64,000 bases of DNA from Mobula hypostoma (GCF_963921235.1 NC_086109.1:19222001-19286000), one strand, 5' to 3'; shown: positions 1 through 13,159, numbered from the stretch's first letter. Notes: generated by a model not told the origin, from the letters alone. A program made the numbers and translations.

Positions 1-2062
1 AATTATATACTCCTTCATCAGTAAGGCTAAAGCAATTAATCTAAATAGTAGAACTATTTTCAAAAGATATGAACATGAACTTCAAAGGTTCAAAGGTTCA
101 ATTTAATGTCAGAGAAATGTATACAATATACATCCTGAAATGCTTTCTCTTCGCAAACATCCACGAAAACGGAGAAGTTCCCTCAAAGAATGAAGGACAG
201 TTAAATGTGAGAACCCCAAAGTCCCTCCCAAGCTCCCCCCTCCCACATGTAAGCAGCAGCAAACAACGAACCCCCTTTCCCCCACCAGCAAAAAATATTC
301 ACATCGGTACCATCACCAAACGCAAGTGTGAGCTAAGCAATAGCAAAGACACAGACCAAAGTTACCCCAAAGGCTTTGCATTTCATCTGACATTCGACAA
401 ACCACAGATTCTCTCTCTCCCTAATGAGGGAGAGGGAGATGTCCCCCCATTTTCACAGCGAGCAGGAGACGTAACAACAACCCGCTGGTTTATGATGTTA
501 AAAGTCCATTTCATTGCTTTTTTCAAGCTCTTGTGTCCGAAGATCGCAAAGACCTCAGGTCTTTGGGCCCACAGTAAGAGATTTTCCGGCCTCCCCAACA
601 ACACACGAGTCTTCTGCTGTGACACTGCCCGTAATCTGCCCGTCTCCAGAGCCCCGAGATCTTAGGCTTCCAAACACAATTGAGATTCTCAGGTCAAACC
701 CTTCGCATGTCAAATAGTGGCCAGAACGGGTCCCATTTCCGCAAAGAATCAAAGCCTGCAAACTCCAGGTCAGGGTCTTCAAAAGAATCCTGAAAGTGAA
801 AAATAAAGATATTGAAGGTGGAAATAGAGCTGTTTCCAATGCTGCAAGCAAAGAGTCACTGTTAGGCACCTTTATCCTACTTAAGCTCCTAGATAAGTAA
901 AGAATATTAAACCTAAAGAAAGGTGCAATAGAGCTAGTAAAGCTGGTAAAACAGAGCAGCAGGATACAATACAACTGACGGATGAATATGAAACATATAA
1001 GTAATTGGGATACCAACATGAAAAGAACATATATCATAGTGTGACAATGGGAAAACTTTCGACAGAGTTTATTACAAGGCTTATGAACATTTCCAAACAG
1101 AGCTCAGTAGTAAAAATATCACAAAGGCGATAAACACTTTCACCATACCCACATTAACATATTCTTTTGGTATAATAGCTTGGTTTGAAACCGATCTGGA
1201 AAACTTACAAAGAAAAATAAGAACTGAAATGACAAATTTTAGAAACACTATGTACATTCAAACGCGCTTAGATTAACACTACCTAGGACAGAAGGAGGAA
1301 GAGGATCAAAAGACGTTAAACAGACAGATGAAACTTTTGAGGATATATTTTCATCAACAAAAACAGGTTTCATCACTCCACACGAACATACAGTATGCAA
1401 TTCTATTAGTAAGTACACACCACTAAACTTATATGAAAGCACGACTCAGAAAAATGAGGAAATTATCACTGCAGAAGAAAAAGTTAACCATGGGAGGCAT
1501 CCCCATGATCTGAGTAGACTAGATATCGACAAGGAAACATCAAACGCCTGGCTCAGAGTTGGGGACCTCTTCCCAGAAACAGAAAGGTTCCTTGAGGCAA
1601 TACAGGACCAGGTAGTTGACACAAAAAAAATCAAAAGTACATTATAAAAGACCCACAAATTCAAGACGATAATTGCAAAAAATGCCAAAAAAAAAAATGC
1701 AGAAAGAATCAAATACATTACAGGATCCTGCAGAAATTTTACTCAGTCTGAATACTTAACACAGGCACAATCAAGGGGCAAACATCATTCACCAAAATCT
1801 TGCTTTAAATTACAAACTCACACAAGACACCATACCTTACTATATGTACAAGCCTGAACAAGTATTAGATTCAAAGTTCTACAAATATACTGAATTAAAA
1901 GAGGAAATTGGAAGACTATGGAAGATGAATAAGGTATACATTGTCTCAATCGTAATATCTACAACTGGTATCATCCCAAAGTTACTACACAATAGCCCTA
2001 AACTTTTAGACCTACACAACAATAGTTATGTAAATCTGCAGAAAACCACCGTACTAAACACC
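1..2062 (+). mobile_element. R4/Dong-like REL non-LTR retrotransposon relic (3' half of ORF), interrupted by an insertion at ~83-870
   Basis: Broken-frame translation gives ELFSKDMNMNF..LDK, LTLPRTEGGRG, GRHPHDLSRLDIDKETSNAWLRVGDLFPETE..AIQDQV, HNQ..IIHQNLA and KYTELKEEIGRLWKMNKVYIVSIVISTTGIIPK. Homologous to the minus-strand copy at 5960-7662. Internal deletion near 1870 removes the PD..D region. Confidence 0.75.
83..870 (-). mobile_element. Non-autonomous LINE-type repeat with (TTGAACC/TTTGAAC)n 3' tail, inserted in the Dong-like relic
   Basis: caaaggttcaaaggttcaa tail at 83-101; the host reading frame resumes after ~885. Confidence 0.55.
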
Positions 2063-2200
2063 AGTGGTGCCCAACCTCCGGACTGCGGACCGATACCAGG
2101 CCGCAAAGAATGCAGCAATGCAGCGGTAGCTGGAAGGCACCCAGCACATCTTTAAGAGAAAAGCCGAAATAAACAAGCTAATGAATTAGGTGCCGCCCGG
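2062..2200 (+). mobile_element. hAT/Charlie-type terminal fragment
   Basis: Begins CAGTGGTGCCCAACC, resembling the TIR of the hAT MITEs at 16994 and 33131. Confidence 0.45.
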
Positions 2201-3630
2201 CTAAGTGGGACTAAAAACGTAGCTTTGTGGTGCACCTGCACAGAGGGAGATTGTGGAAGAGATGTCGTTGCCAATCCAAATAGACTGGTGTCTGCAAATG
2301 AGGAAATCGAGGATCCAGTTGCACAAGGATGTATTGAGGCCTAGCACTTGAAGCTTATTGATTAACTTTGAAGTGATGATAGTATTGAATGCTGAGCTGT
2401 GCTCAGTGCAGAACATCCAGATATGCACCTTCACTATCCAGATGCTCCAGAATTGAATGAAGAGTTAATGAAATGGCATCCGCTCTTGATCTGTTGTGGC
2501 GGTAGGCAAATTGGAGAGGATCCAAATCACTTCTCAGGCAGGAGTTAATATGTTTCAACACCAACCTCTCAAAGCACTTCATTATAGTGGGTGTAAGTGC
2601 TACAAGACGGAAGTCTTTGAGGCAGGTTACCACGTTTTTCTTAGACACCAGTATAATTGAAGACTGCTTTAAACAGATGGGTATCTCAAAAGTGAGAGGA
2701 TAAAGATATTGATGATCACTCCAGTCAACTGACCTGCACAGGAGTTTAGTACTTGTCCAGGTAACCTGTCTACACCAGATGCTTTCCATGGGTTCACCCT
2801 TCTGAAGGATGCTCTCACATCGGCCTCAGAAACTAAGATCACAGGGTTATTGGGGATTGTGGGAGTTTGTGAAGGTGCCTCGATGTTTTGATAGTCAAAG
2901 TGAGCATAAAAGGTATTGAGCTGTTTCGGGAGCAAAGCCTTGTTGAGCCTATGTCCTTTGGTTTCACCTTGTAAGATGTGATAGCATTCAAGCCCTTCCA
3001 CAGCCGTCGAGCATCTTTCAATGATTCAAGTTTGGATCAGAGTTGCCACCTCATACATGAGGTTGCTTTCTGGAGATAGTACCTGGATCTCTTGTATTTA
3101 ACTTGTTTGCCACAGCTCAATGCCACTGATCTGTCCCTCAGCACATTGTAGTTCCTATGGTCCATAAAGGGCTTCTGGTTCGGGAAGACTCTGAATGCTT
3201 TTGTGGGGACACACTCATCTATGACTGTTTTTATGAAGTCTGTGACAACCGTGGTGTATTCATTCAAATCCTCTGATAAGTCCTTGAATACAGCCCAATC
3301 TAGTGACTTGATGCAACCCCATAGCTGCTCCTCAGCCTACTGTGACCACTTCTTTGTTGCCCTTATCGCTAGAGTTTTGCAGTTTCACCTCTGTCCATAT
3401 GCAGGCAGAAGGGACACAGCTAGATGATCAGATTTCCCAAAATGCAGTCTAGGCATGGAGTGGTAGACATTGCTCATCACAGTTTAACAATGCTTGAGTG
3501 TGTTGGGACCCGTGGTATTGCAGGTGACATGTTGATGATATCAGGGCAGAGATTTCTTCAAACAAGCATGATTGAAGTCCCCAGCAATAGTATGAAAGGC
3601 ATCAGGGCGGATTGTTTCTTGTTTTGTAAA
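2201..3630 (-). mobile_element. Rex1/Babar-type LINE fragment (APE end to RT), decayed
   Basis: ORF pieces [60 protein letters not shown]. Confidence 0.8.
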
Positions 3631-4469
3631 GTAAACTTCCAACCTCCAATGCTTTTGAAACCTTGTGGCACATCTCTGATTTCTTTATTGCTTTCTCTCT
3701 ACCCAACCCCCTCCCCTACCCAGTTTCCAGTGCTGGTCCACCCCCTCTGTAAGCCCAACCTCCTGCTCCCAAACATCAGACCTTATTGGACCCCTGTTCA
3801 AGGTTCTGAGCTCAGTCCTGGAAAAGGTAGAGCGGCTCACACTTTTTACTAATGATCACATTGCTGTTTGTGAGAGCTTAGCATGCATAAGAAGACTGCC
3901 ATATTTCTCCATAACAACAGCATCTGGACTTCTGAAATCTTTAATTAAATAGAAGAAGCTTTGAGGAATTCTGAGGTTGTGAAAGTATCGTAAGTCTTAT
4001 TAATTACTCCCTGGGCTCTAGCCGTACCCTTTTCAAGGTGACTGCTAGCTTGGATAAGACAGCTCAGATATCTTCAGTGGTGCAACTGGGAAAAGTGAAA
4101 CTGATTTCAGCTCTCCGTTGGAGAGGTATCTTTTCAGTCAAGGTCTATGAAAAGTCCACAGGGATGGCTGAGTTTGAAAAGAGCAGTTTGACTCCTTACT
4201 TGGGGACTAATTATATTGTCCCATTTGACTGGAGCAGAAGAATTGGAGCAGGTCATTCAGTTTGTTGAGCCTATTTTGTCACTCAGTTAAACTGTGCCTG
4301 TTAAAGATCTGGACTTCATTTACTCAGATCTACTGCTCCCACCATTATAATCTAAAATCTCAGCCTTTTCAGTAGGGGTCATAGGAATGAGTACCAAATT
4401 TGGACTTGTATGATCAAGTCCCTCCTGATTTCATTCTTTTATGACCTAGTTCTAATTTCTAAATGAAGT

Positions 4470-4920
4470 TCCACCATCCAGGCCTTGCTCTCTTCTACTG
4501 CTGCCGCCAGCACTCACGCCACCAGGTTCACGAGCTCAGGACCGACGCCACCAGGTTCAGGAGCAGTTATTAACTCTCAACCACTGGGGTCTTGAACCAG
4601 AGTGGATAACTTTACTCAACTTCACTCGGCCCATCACTGAACTGGACTCACTTTCAAGGAATCTTCATCTCACGTTCTTAATATTTATTGCTTATTTATT
4701 ATCATTATTTCTTTTTCTCTTTCCTTTTTTTATTTGCACAGATTGGCTTTTGTTTGCAGATTGGTTTTTGTGCATCCCGTTGACTGTGGTCTTTCATTAA
4801 TTCTATTGTGTTTTGTGTATTTACTGTGAATGCCTGCAAGAAAATAAATCTCAGGGTTGCATATGGTGACATATATGTATTTTGATGATAAACTTACTTT
4901 GAACTTTTTGAACATTTGAA
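4470..4920 (+). mobile_element. Rex1-type 3' end / non-autonomous derivative
   Basis: caccatccaggcc..accaggttcaggagcagtta and a (TTTGAAC)-like tail at 4897-4920; similar to 60355-60717. Confidence 0.6.
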
Positions 4921-5064
4921 GTTCTCTTGTTTTACTGTTACAGGATATTTTTCTTGATCTACTGTGGATTATTGGCATTTTAAATACCTAGATTAGATAT
5001 ACAGTACTGTGCAAACGTCTTAGGCATGTATGTATAGCTTGGGCGACTAAGAGACAAAGCAGAA

Positions 5065-5840
5065 AAGCCAGCTATTGAACTGTCTTTATTTCTTACATCC
5101 TTCACATACATAAGGAGTAAAAATCTTTACGCTATGTCTCTGTCTAAATGTGCTATGTGTGATCATAGTCATTTGCAACATTTTATAACAAATAGAACAG
5201 TCAATGTAAATAAGAAATGCAGTCAAATCAGTGTGAGTTAATCAGTCTGATGGTCCCAGACCCTGGTGGTCCTGGTTTTTGTGCTGTGGTACCGTTTCTT
5301 AGATAGCAGCAGCTGGAATAGATTGTGGTTGGGGTGACTCGGGTCCCCAATAATCCTTTGGCCCTTTTTACACAGCTGTCTTTGTAAATATCCTGAATAG
5401 TGGGAAGTTCACAACTACAGATGTGCTGGGCTGTCCACACAACTCACTACAGAGTTCTGCGATTAAGAAAGGTACAGTTCCCATACTAGGCAATGATGCA
5501 GCCAGTCAAGATACTCTCAATTGTGTCCCTATAGAAAGTTCTTAGGACTGGGGGCCCATACCAAACTTCCTCAACTATCTGAGGTGAAAGAGACACTGTT
5601 GTGGCTTTTTCATCACACAGCTGATGTGTACAGACCACTTGAGGTCCTCGGTGATGTGGGTGCCGAGGAACTTAAAGCCGTTTACCCTCTCAACCCCAGA
5701 TCCATTGATGTCAATAGGAGCTAGCCTGTCTCCATTCCTCCGTAATCCACAACCAGCCCCTTTGTTTTTGCTAGATTGAGGGAGAGGTTGTTTTCTTGAC
5801 ACCTGTAGGCCACCTCGTTATTGTTGGAGATTAGGCCAAT
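5065..5840 (-). mobile_element. Rex1/Babar-type LINE 3' fragment
   Basis: ORF 5575-5802 gives INGSGVERVNGFKFLGTHITEDLKWSVH..KKPQQCLFHLR. Confidence 0.8.
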
Positions 5841-5959
5841 CAATGTAGTGTCTCAATGTAGTTACTCAATTTTGTTTGTTAGGCTGCAGTGTGTGTGGAC
5901 AGGCTTAAATTAAGCTTAATTGAAATAGACAATATACAACATCAGCTGTTGCAATATTT

Positions 5960-7662
5960 TTATTATTTATTTGTAGTTTCTCAGTGCAAGCTGGTGAAAT
6001 CTGAGGTATGAGCATGGCCAAGCACATTCATTTCTCAATTGCTAGGAATTTTCGGACTATTCCAGTGGTGCTTAGTATTATAGCTTTCTGGAGATTTATA
6101 TAGATATTTCCGTGTAGGTCTAATTTTTTAATGCTATTTGAGATGATACCAGTTGTAAATATTACTATTGGGATAATGTATACCCTGTTCATGTTCCATA
6201 GTCTTTCAATTTCCTCTTTAAATTCAGCATATTTCTGGAATTTTTTGCTTATTAATTTCTATATGTTGTGCCTATTTGGAATTGCTATATCTATTAGGTA
6301 AGTTGTAGTTCTTGCTTGCTTATCTGGTATTATCATATCCAAATGATTATTATGGATTGTCCTGTCTGTAATAACAGATCGGTCGTAAAATAATTTGTGG
6401 GACTCTGACTCTAAAACTGAATTGTATTTGTAGTAAGGTATGGTTTCTTTTATGAGTTTGTATTTTAAATTAAGATTTTGGTGAATGATGTCTGCCACTT
6501 GATTGTGCCTGTGTAAGTAATGAGATTGAGTTAAGTTGCTGCAGGATCCTGTAATGTGTTGGATTGTTTCTGGTTTATCTTGCCATTTTCAGCATTTATT
6601 TTGAATTAGTTAGTTATTTATTATGCATGTTTTAATCTTTTTATTGTGTTGGCCGCCTGGTCCTGAATTGCCCCAGGAACCTTTCTATTTCTGGGAAGTG
6701 GTCTCCACCTCTGAGCCAGGCATTTCCTTGTTGACACCTAGTCTGCTCAGATCATAGGGATGTCTTTCCGTTGGTTAACTTTTTTTTCTGTAGTGCTTTC
6801 ATTTAAGGTTAGTGGTGTGTACTTCTTATCAGAATCGCATATGTTCATGTGGAGTGTTGAATCCTACTTCTGTTGATGAAAATATATCCTTTAAAGTTTT
6901 ATCTGATTGTTGTGTAAAATTTTTATGTCTGTTATTCCACTTCCTCCTTCTGTCCTAGGTAGTGCTAACGTAAGTGCTTTCGAGTGTACGTAGTGTTTTC
7001 TGAAATTTGTCATTTTTGTTCTTATTTTTCCTTGTAAATTTTCCAGATCAGTTTCGGATCAAGATATTATGCCAAGAGAATCAGCAAAATTGTTTATTGT
7101 CTTTGTAACACACATCAAAGTTGCTGGTGAACGCAGCAGGCCAGGCAGCATCTGTAGGAAGAGTCAGGACTGACGAAGGGTCTCGGCCTGAAACGTCGCC
7201 TGCACCTCTTCCTACAGATGCTGCCTGGCCTGCTGCGTTCACCAGCAACTTTGATGTGTGTTGCTTGAATTTCCAGCATCTGCAGAATTCCTGTTGTTTA
7301 TTGTCTTTGTTATATTTTTACTGTTGAGCTCCACTTAGCAGATTTTCTTAAGCCTTGAAGTAAATTCTGTTGAAAGTTTTTGCTTTATTGCACAGCAATT
7401 GTATTCATCCATCGGTTGCATTGTATCCTGCTGTGCTGATTTGTATTCTATTTGATGTATTTCATCTTTCTTTATGTTTAATGTTCTGCACTTATCTAGT
7501 CCAAAGTTCATGTTTATATCTTTTGAAAACAGTTCTACTATTTGAACTGATTGCTCTAGCTTTACTGATAAAGCAGCATTTAATTTTAAATCGTTCATGT
7601 AGAGAAGATGTATCAAGGTATAATTCATTTAGTTGTTTCGGATTTGATAGACCTATTTCATG
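5960..7662 (-). mobile_element. R4/Dong-like REL non-LTR retrotransposon relic, 5'-truncated
   Basis: HLLYMNDLKL..FGLDKCRTLNIKK (RT), RHNQVADIIHQNL, NHLDMIIPDKQARTTTYLIDIAIP (decayed PD..D REL motif); bounded by TAA-rich tracts. Confidence 0.75.
7107..7293 (+). mobile_element. Penelope-like element pseudo-LTR remnant with 57-bp inverted repeat and minimal type I hammerhead
   Basis: Inverted repeat 7107-7163/7206-7262; CTGACGA 7170-7176; GAAACGTC 7190-7197; 17-bp TSD ttgtttattgtctttgt at 7090-7106 and 7294-7310. Confidence 0.8.
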
Positions 7663-7684
7663 GTATTATTATTATTATTATTAA
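7663..7684. repeat. (TAT/TAA)n microsatellite
   Basis: tattattattattattattatt. Confidence 0.9.
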
Positions 7685-7699
7685 CATCATCATTGTCAT

Positions 7700-8565
7700 T
7701 ATCTGTGGTTTATCATTATCACATCTGTCCAGATAGGATGAAAAGCTTATTGTAAATATAGTTCATGTAAATGAATTCATTGTAAAGTGCATTGAGATAG
7801 AACCAGGTAAAAATGCAGAATAAAGTGTAAGGCTGCAAAGAGAATGCATTGCAATGTTGGTAAACATTAAAGTGCAAGATCATAACAAGGTAGATTGTGA
7901 AGTCAACATCTTATGGTACAAGAAGTCTGTTCAAGCGTCTGTAAACTGTCCAGCTTGTTGGTGCATGTTTCAGGTCTTTGCATCTTCTCTCTGTTGGGAG
8001 AAGGGTAAAGAGAAGGCTGGGGTCTTTGATTATGCTGGCTTCTTTACTGATGCAGTGGGAAGTATAGACAGAGGCTGGTCCTCATGATGTGCTGAGCTGT
8101 GTCCATATCCCTCTGCAGTTTCTTACAGTCACATGCAGAGCATTTGCTACATGAAGCCATTATGGATTAAGGCAAAATATATATTATGGTGCACCGATTA
8201 AATATTGATAAGGGTCGATAGGGACACTATAAATTTCTTTAGTCTCCTGTAGAAGTAGAGGCATTGGTAAACTTTCTTGGCTATGGCATCAATCTGATCG
8301 GACAAGGGCAGACTATTGATGATGTTCGCTCCAAAGTACTTGAAGCTCTCAACCCTCCCAACCTCAACAACATTGGTGTAGACAGGAGCACGTGCACTGC
8401 TCCCCTCTATCTTCCTGAGGTCAATGAATAGTTATTATGTCGACATCGACAGCAAGGTTGTTGTCATGACACCGTCTCACTAAGCTCTCTATTATCTTCC
8501 TGTATTCCGACTCATCGTTATTTAAGACACAGCCCACTGCGATGATGTCATCTGCAAACTCCTGC
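7700..8565 (-). mobile_element. Old Rex1-type LINE 3' fragment
   Basis: Minus strand reads FADDIIAVG..DNNL..RVESFKYFG..; similar to 5065-5840. Confidence 0.6.
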
Positions 8566-9349
8566 AATAGCAGAGATCATGTAAGGTTAAAACATTGAGT
8601 TCAATTTCAACAAAAGGTGAGAATGGAATTAAATGGATATGGGCATTGTATAGAGGTTAGTTTACTGAGCCATTTGATTACTAATTTAATTGGTTCGGCT
8701 CAACATTATGGGCTGAAGAGCCTTTTCCTGTGCTATACTGTTCTATGTTTAAAGAAATCAGCATGCACGTTGCACTGAATTCACTCTCTCTGCCTGCTCT
8801 GTGATGTGAACACCCCAGCTATTAAATTGCAAGGGTCAATGTTTTTGTTGAAAATATTAGAAACAAATCTTTCATTGCATTAACCAAAGCACAACACATA
8901 CAGATTAATATTATTCCATTAATATCGGGTCTCAAAGGATTTATGAAGGATGTTTCCCTTTCTTTGGCATCTCCCTTTTCCACTGGGAGTTTATATTGGC
9001 AAAACAGTTCTACTGAACCACGGGGTACATTGAGTGGGCAGATTATCCTGAGTATCCATGTGTGATTTCTTGGCAGTGGGAAGATTACCTTTGTCAGTCT
9101 GAAATATACTCAGCTGTTACTACAAATTCTATAATCTGATAATCCTTTGTTCCTAAGTCTCAAAGGCTGAAGTGTCAATATTACTGAACAAAAGGTGAGC
9201 AATTTTATCCAAATTATGTGCCTGTGGGGAGGGTTTTCAGTCTGCTTAACAGAGGTTGGTAATGGGATGATCTTTATCATAAATATGGCACAGAGTGTAA
9301 GTTCAAAGTCTGAAATGTATACAAATTTCAGAAACAGTGAGAAGCGTCA

Positions 9350-9660
9350 TAAGAAACTTTAGAAGGGATAGATTGGTGAAAAGGGCAGATATGTCGATGG
9401 ATGAAATTTAACTCAGAGTTATATTACTTCCATTTAAGTGTTTCAGTTAGGAAGAATAAAGGATAACAATATCTGGGTTAGAGAACATGGCTTATGAGGA
9501 AAGGTTGAGCAAGGTAGGGCATTTCTCTTTGGAGCAAAGGAGGATGGGAGGTGACTTGATAGAGGCACGTAAGATAATAATAGCCATAGATAGAACTTAC
9601 AGCTATGGCTAATACTAGAGGGCCTCCTTTTAAGGAGAGTGGTAGATATGTCAGTGCTTT
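9350..9660 (+). mobile_element. Degenerate CR1 3' fragment
   Basis: tatgaggaaaggttgagcaaggtagggcatttctctttggagcaaaggaggatgggaggtgacttgatagagg matches CR1 ORF2 C-termini elsewhere in the window. Confidence 0.6.
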
Positions 9661-9799
9661 GTTTTTATTGTGAAGCTCATCCCAACAGAACACCTCAAAT
9701 GTTCCAAGAACAGGAGCCCATTTCCGCTGAGAAATCCAGCCAAAATACTGACCCTTTGCCAATTTTCTCACAACTAGGGTAGGAATCAGGTAATTTTAC

Positions 9800-10070
9800 C
9801 TTTGTTGTCAATTTTTTCTTTCCATTTTAAACACAGATTGTTCAGACTTTGTCTTTCTGTGTCCTGTCCGAATTGTTGGAACCTACCCCGACCATAAAAC
9901 AGGACCCTTCCTCTCTTGCTCCAGTTTTCTCTGCAGGTGATGTCCTTGCCTCCAGCACCAGACAGGCAACACTGCTTTCAGGACTCCCACCCATAATTGC
10001 TGAGGACAATACTGATTGCCTAACTATGCTGTCACTAACCATAGCTCCATTCCTTTCCGCTCCTGTAACC
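9800..10070 (-). mobile_element. CR1 ORF1 SGNH/GDSL esterase fragment
   Basis: VSDSIVR..VACL..GVGSNN resembles the CR1 ORF1 esterase blocks (GDSIVR, CLPGA, HVGTND). Confidence 0.5.
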
Positions 10071-10079
10071 TATGTAGCT

Positions 10080-11355
10080 CATGAGACCATAAGAGAATTA
10101 GATATTGGAACAGAATTGATCCATTTGGCCCATGAAGTCTGATTATGGTTTATTTATTATTCTTCTCATCCCAATTGTCCTGCCTTCTCCCCATAAATTT
10201 TGACATACATACTAATCAAGAACCTATCAACTTCTGATTGAAATATACTCAATGACTTGGCTTCCACAGTAATCCATAGGATCACCACCATCTGGCCAAC
10301 AGAATTCCCCTTTTCATCTCTGTTCTTAAGAGCTGTCCTTCTATTCTGAGGCTGTGGACTCTGATTATAACTCTTCCACTACTGGGAACCACCTCAACAT
10401 GTCCACTATATTGACATGAAACCTCCTGGTTTCCTTGGCTGCAGAAGTCTAGGGAAAACGCTCTCCAGTCCTGCCAAACACATGAGACTGAGGTGCTCTC
10501 CCGCCCCCAAACCCCGTGTGGATGCTGTGTAATTTGCTACCCTGTTACAAATTAGTGCCACAAAATAATAGATAGTACACTGTATATGATTAAAGGAATT
10601 ATATTTATGAATCTTAACTAAAGGATTTGTAAAGCAAAACAAAAAAAGAAAGGGCCCATTCTCATTAAACAGTCAAATGTGCGCAAGTTAGAGCTCATCC
10701 TGAACTTCGCTGTCACTCACGTGCTGGACCCTTTGGTCAGCGTGAAAGCTCACACCATCTTCCATCTTGAACAAACGGGTCTCCCTCCGGGTTGTATCCT
10801 ACAACCGGTTCTCCCCAGCGTCTTCTCTCTTCATCTCCTGCCGAGCCAAATAAAAACCCCAAGACCAAATTTAGTGTTCTTCACCAAGAAAACCTCCCCC
10901 AAACTGGATGGCACACATTCCACATCATCCAGTATCTTCAACAATACCCAAACAGGCTGAAAGCAGAACAGCCGCTCTTACAAAATTGCTAAACGGAATA
11001 CCTACAGCATAACAGTAAAGATGTAAACCAGGGCGTTACATACGTCTTTCAATACTTGGTAAGTATCAGTGAGATTTCCCCCTCAATCTTCTAAGCTCTA
11101 GCAAGTACAGGCAAAAGACACCCAACATTCCTCACATATTAACCCTTTTCTGGGAACGCTCCCTACCCTTCCACCAATCTTTGTATCATCTGCAAGCTTG
11201 ACCATCAATTCTGTCAACCTGATTATTTACATATAATGTGAAGAGTGGTGGTCCTGCGGAACACCATTAGTCACCCTTCAAGCAAGCAGAGAAGACCCCT
11301 TTATTCCACCTCTTTCCCTTCTGCAATTAGTCCATCTTCTTCCATGCTATTAGCA
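10080..11355 (-). mobile_element. CR1 3' fragment split by a probable solo LTR
   Basis: gaccataag tail near 10085; CR1-like sequence on both sides of 10411-11040. Confidence 0.6.
10411..11040 (-). mobile_element. Probable solo LTR (Gypsy/ERV-type)
   Basis: Ends TGTAAC.. / ..TGTCA on the minus strand and interrupts CR1 sequence; no clear TSD. Confidence 0.5.
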
Positions 11356-11499
11356 CCCTGCACAATAGAGCTGTAGTCAGTTTTCTCATCTTCCCTCTGG
11401 AGCCTACTGTCATCTACATTTAAAGTGCAGCAAAAGGCCTTTCAATCCAGCAAATTCAGATTGATCTTTGCAGCCATCTGCAGTAATTCCACTTAACGT

Positions 11500-11910
11500 T
11501 TAATGTTCAAAGTAAATTTATTATCAAATACATATATGCCACCGTATACAACCCTGAGATTCACTTTCTTGTGGACATACTCAATCTATAGAATAATAAC
11601 TATAACAGAATCAATGAAAGACCACCCAACTAGGGTGTTCAACCAGAGTGCATAAACTATGCAAGTGCAAAAAGAAACAATAAAATAAATAAATAAGCAA
11701 TAAATATCAAGAATCTCAGATGAGAGGTCCTTAAAAGTGAGTCTATTAGTTGTGGAAATATTTCAATGGTGAGACAAATGAAGTTGAGTGAAGTTATCCT
11801 CTTTGTTTCAAGAGCCAGATGATTGAGGGGTAATAACTGTTCCTGACACCTTGATGGTGTGAGTCCTGAGGCTCTTGTACCTTCTTCCTAATGGCAGCAG
11901 CGAGAAGCAC
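11500..11910 (-). mobile_element. Rex1-type 3' end repeat
   Basis: gttcaaagtaaatttattatcaaa.. is the reverse complement of the tail at 4850-4920. Confidence 0.6.
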
Positions 11911-12424
11911 TTGGTCCATAGACTTCCATGCCTTGTATCTACTGGACCTGTCCAAAGGCTAATGTGCCTCCATGGCTAGCTCTTGAATCCTTTCCGTTCT
12001 CGTCATTGCACTTCCCACCTCTGTTGACAAAATCTGTTGAGTTTTCTTAAGGACATGTTCATTGCTTCCTGCACAATGTTAGATAACTTTTTCCTTCCTT
12101 GATATGTTTGATTTCTGAGGCTTAGGGCCCAGTTTATCGACTCTGACACAAAGTTCTTTGAGCACCTGACATTTTCTGCAGACATGACTACTGTGAATCA
12201 CTGACCTCTAGCAGCTCTCACTTGTTGCATGTCCGATACATCACCTCTCATGCCTTTTCTGTCATCAAATTTGTAAATTAAGTTTTTCAAGTTTCTATTT
12301 ATAATGTCTAATTATGATTAAGACTAGTTAATAATCTTGTTTAAGATTAAAAAAAGAAATTAGTTACATTTTTAGCTCTAGATTGTTAATTAGAGTGAAT
12401 CACTTTAAAATAGAGATGAAGAGA

Positions 12425-12885
12425 ACCATAAGACCAAAAGACCATGAGACATTGGTGTAGAATTAGGCCATTCGGCTCAATGAGTCTGCTCTGCTATTCA
12501 TTCATAGATGACTTATTACCCTTCTTAACACCATTCTCCTGGCTTCTCTCCATAAGCTTTGATACCCTGACTAACCAAGAACCTATCAAACTCCACTTAA
12601 AAATATGCTCAATGACTTGGTCTCCACACCCCTCTGTAGCAATGAATTCCACAGATTCACCACCCTCTGGCTAAAGAAATTCTTTTTCATCTCTGTTCTA
12701 AATGGACATCCCTCTACTCTGTGAATGTGTCTTCTGCTCCTAGATTCTACTCTCTATAGGAAACATCCTCTTCACGTCAACTCTATCCAGACCTTTCAAT
12801 ATTCGATTGGTTTCAGTGATATCCCCCCTCATTCTTCTAAGCTCCAGTGAGTAGAGATACAGAGCCGTCAAATGCTCCTTTCATT
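12425..12885 (-). mobile_element. CR1 3' fragment
   Basis: accataagacc tail and CR1 3' ORF/UTR similarity. Confidence 0.65.
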
Positions 12886-13159
12886 CCTAGGCAAATTACA
12901 AAACTCAAAAACCAATTAACGTCCGCCTTGCTTAGATATTGCACTCTCCCTGATTTTCAAACTCTTAAGTTTCCACCATTACTTATTTAATCCTAACTTT
13001 TTAAAACATATCACTGCAGCACTGACGTTCCTGTTTTGCCAATCTGCAACACTACACCAAATTCTGACGCTGCACACTACTGAAGAAGCCCTCAGGTTGA
13101 ATGTGCTCATTCTTACGCTAAACCTCCACACACAGCTGCCCCAGCGCCTCACTTTAAAG

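Noticed and set aside
69..665. 198-aa ORF as a host gene
   Set aside because: Lies antisense within a repeat insertion; no recognisable domain.
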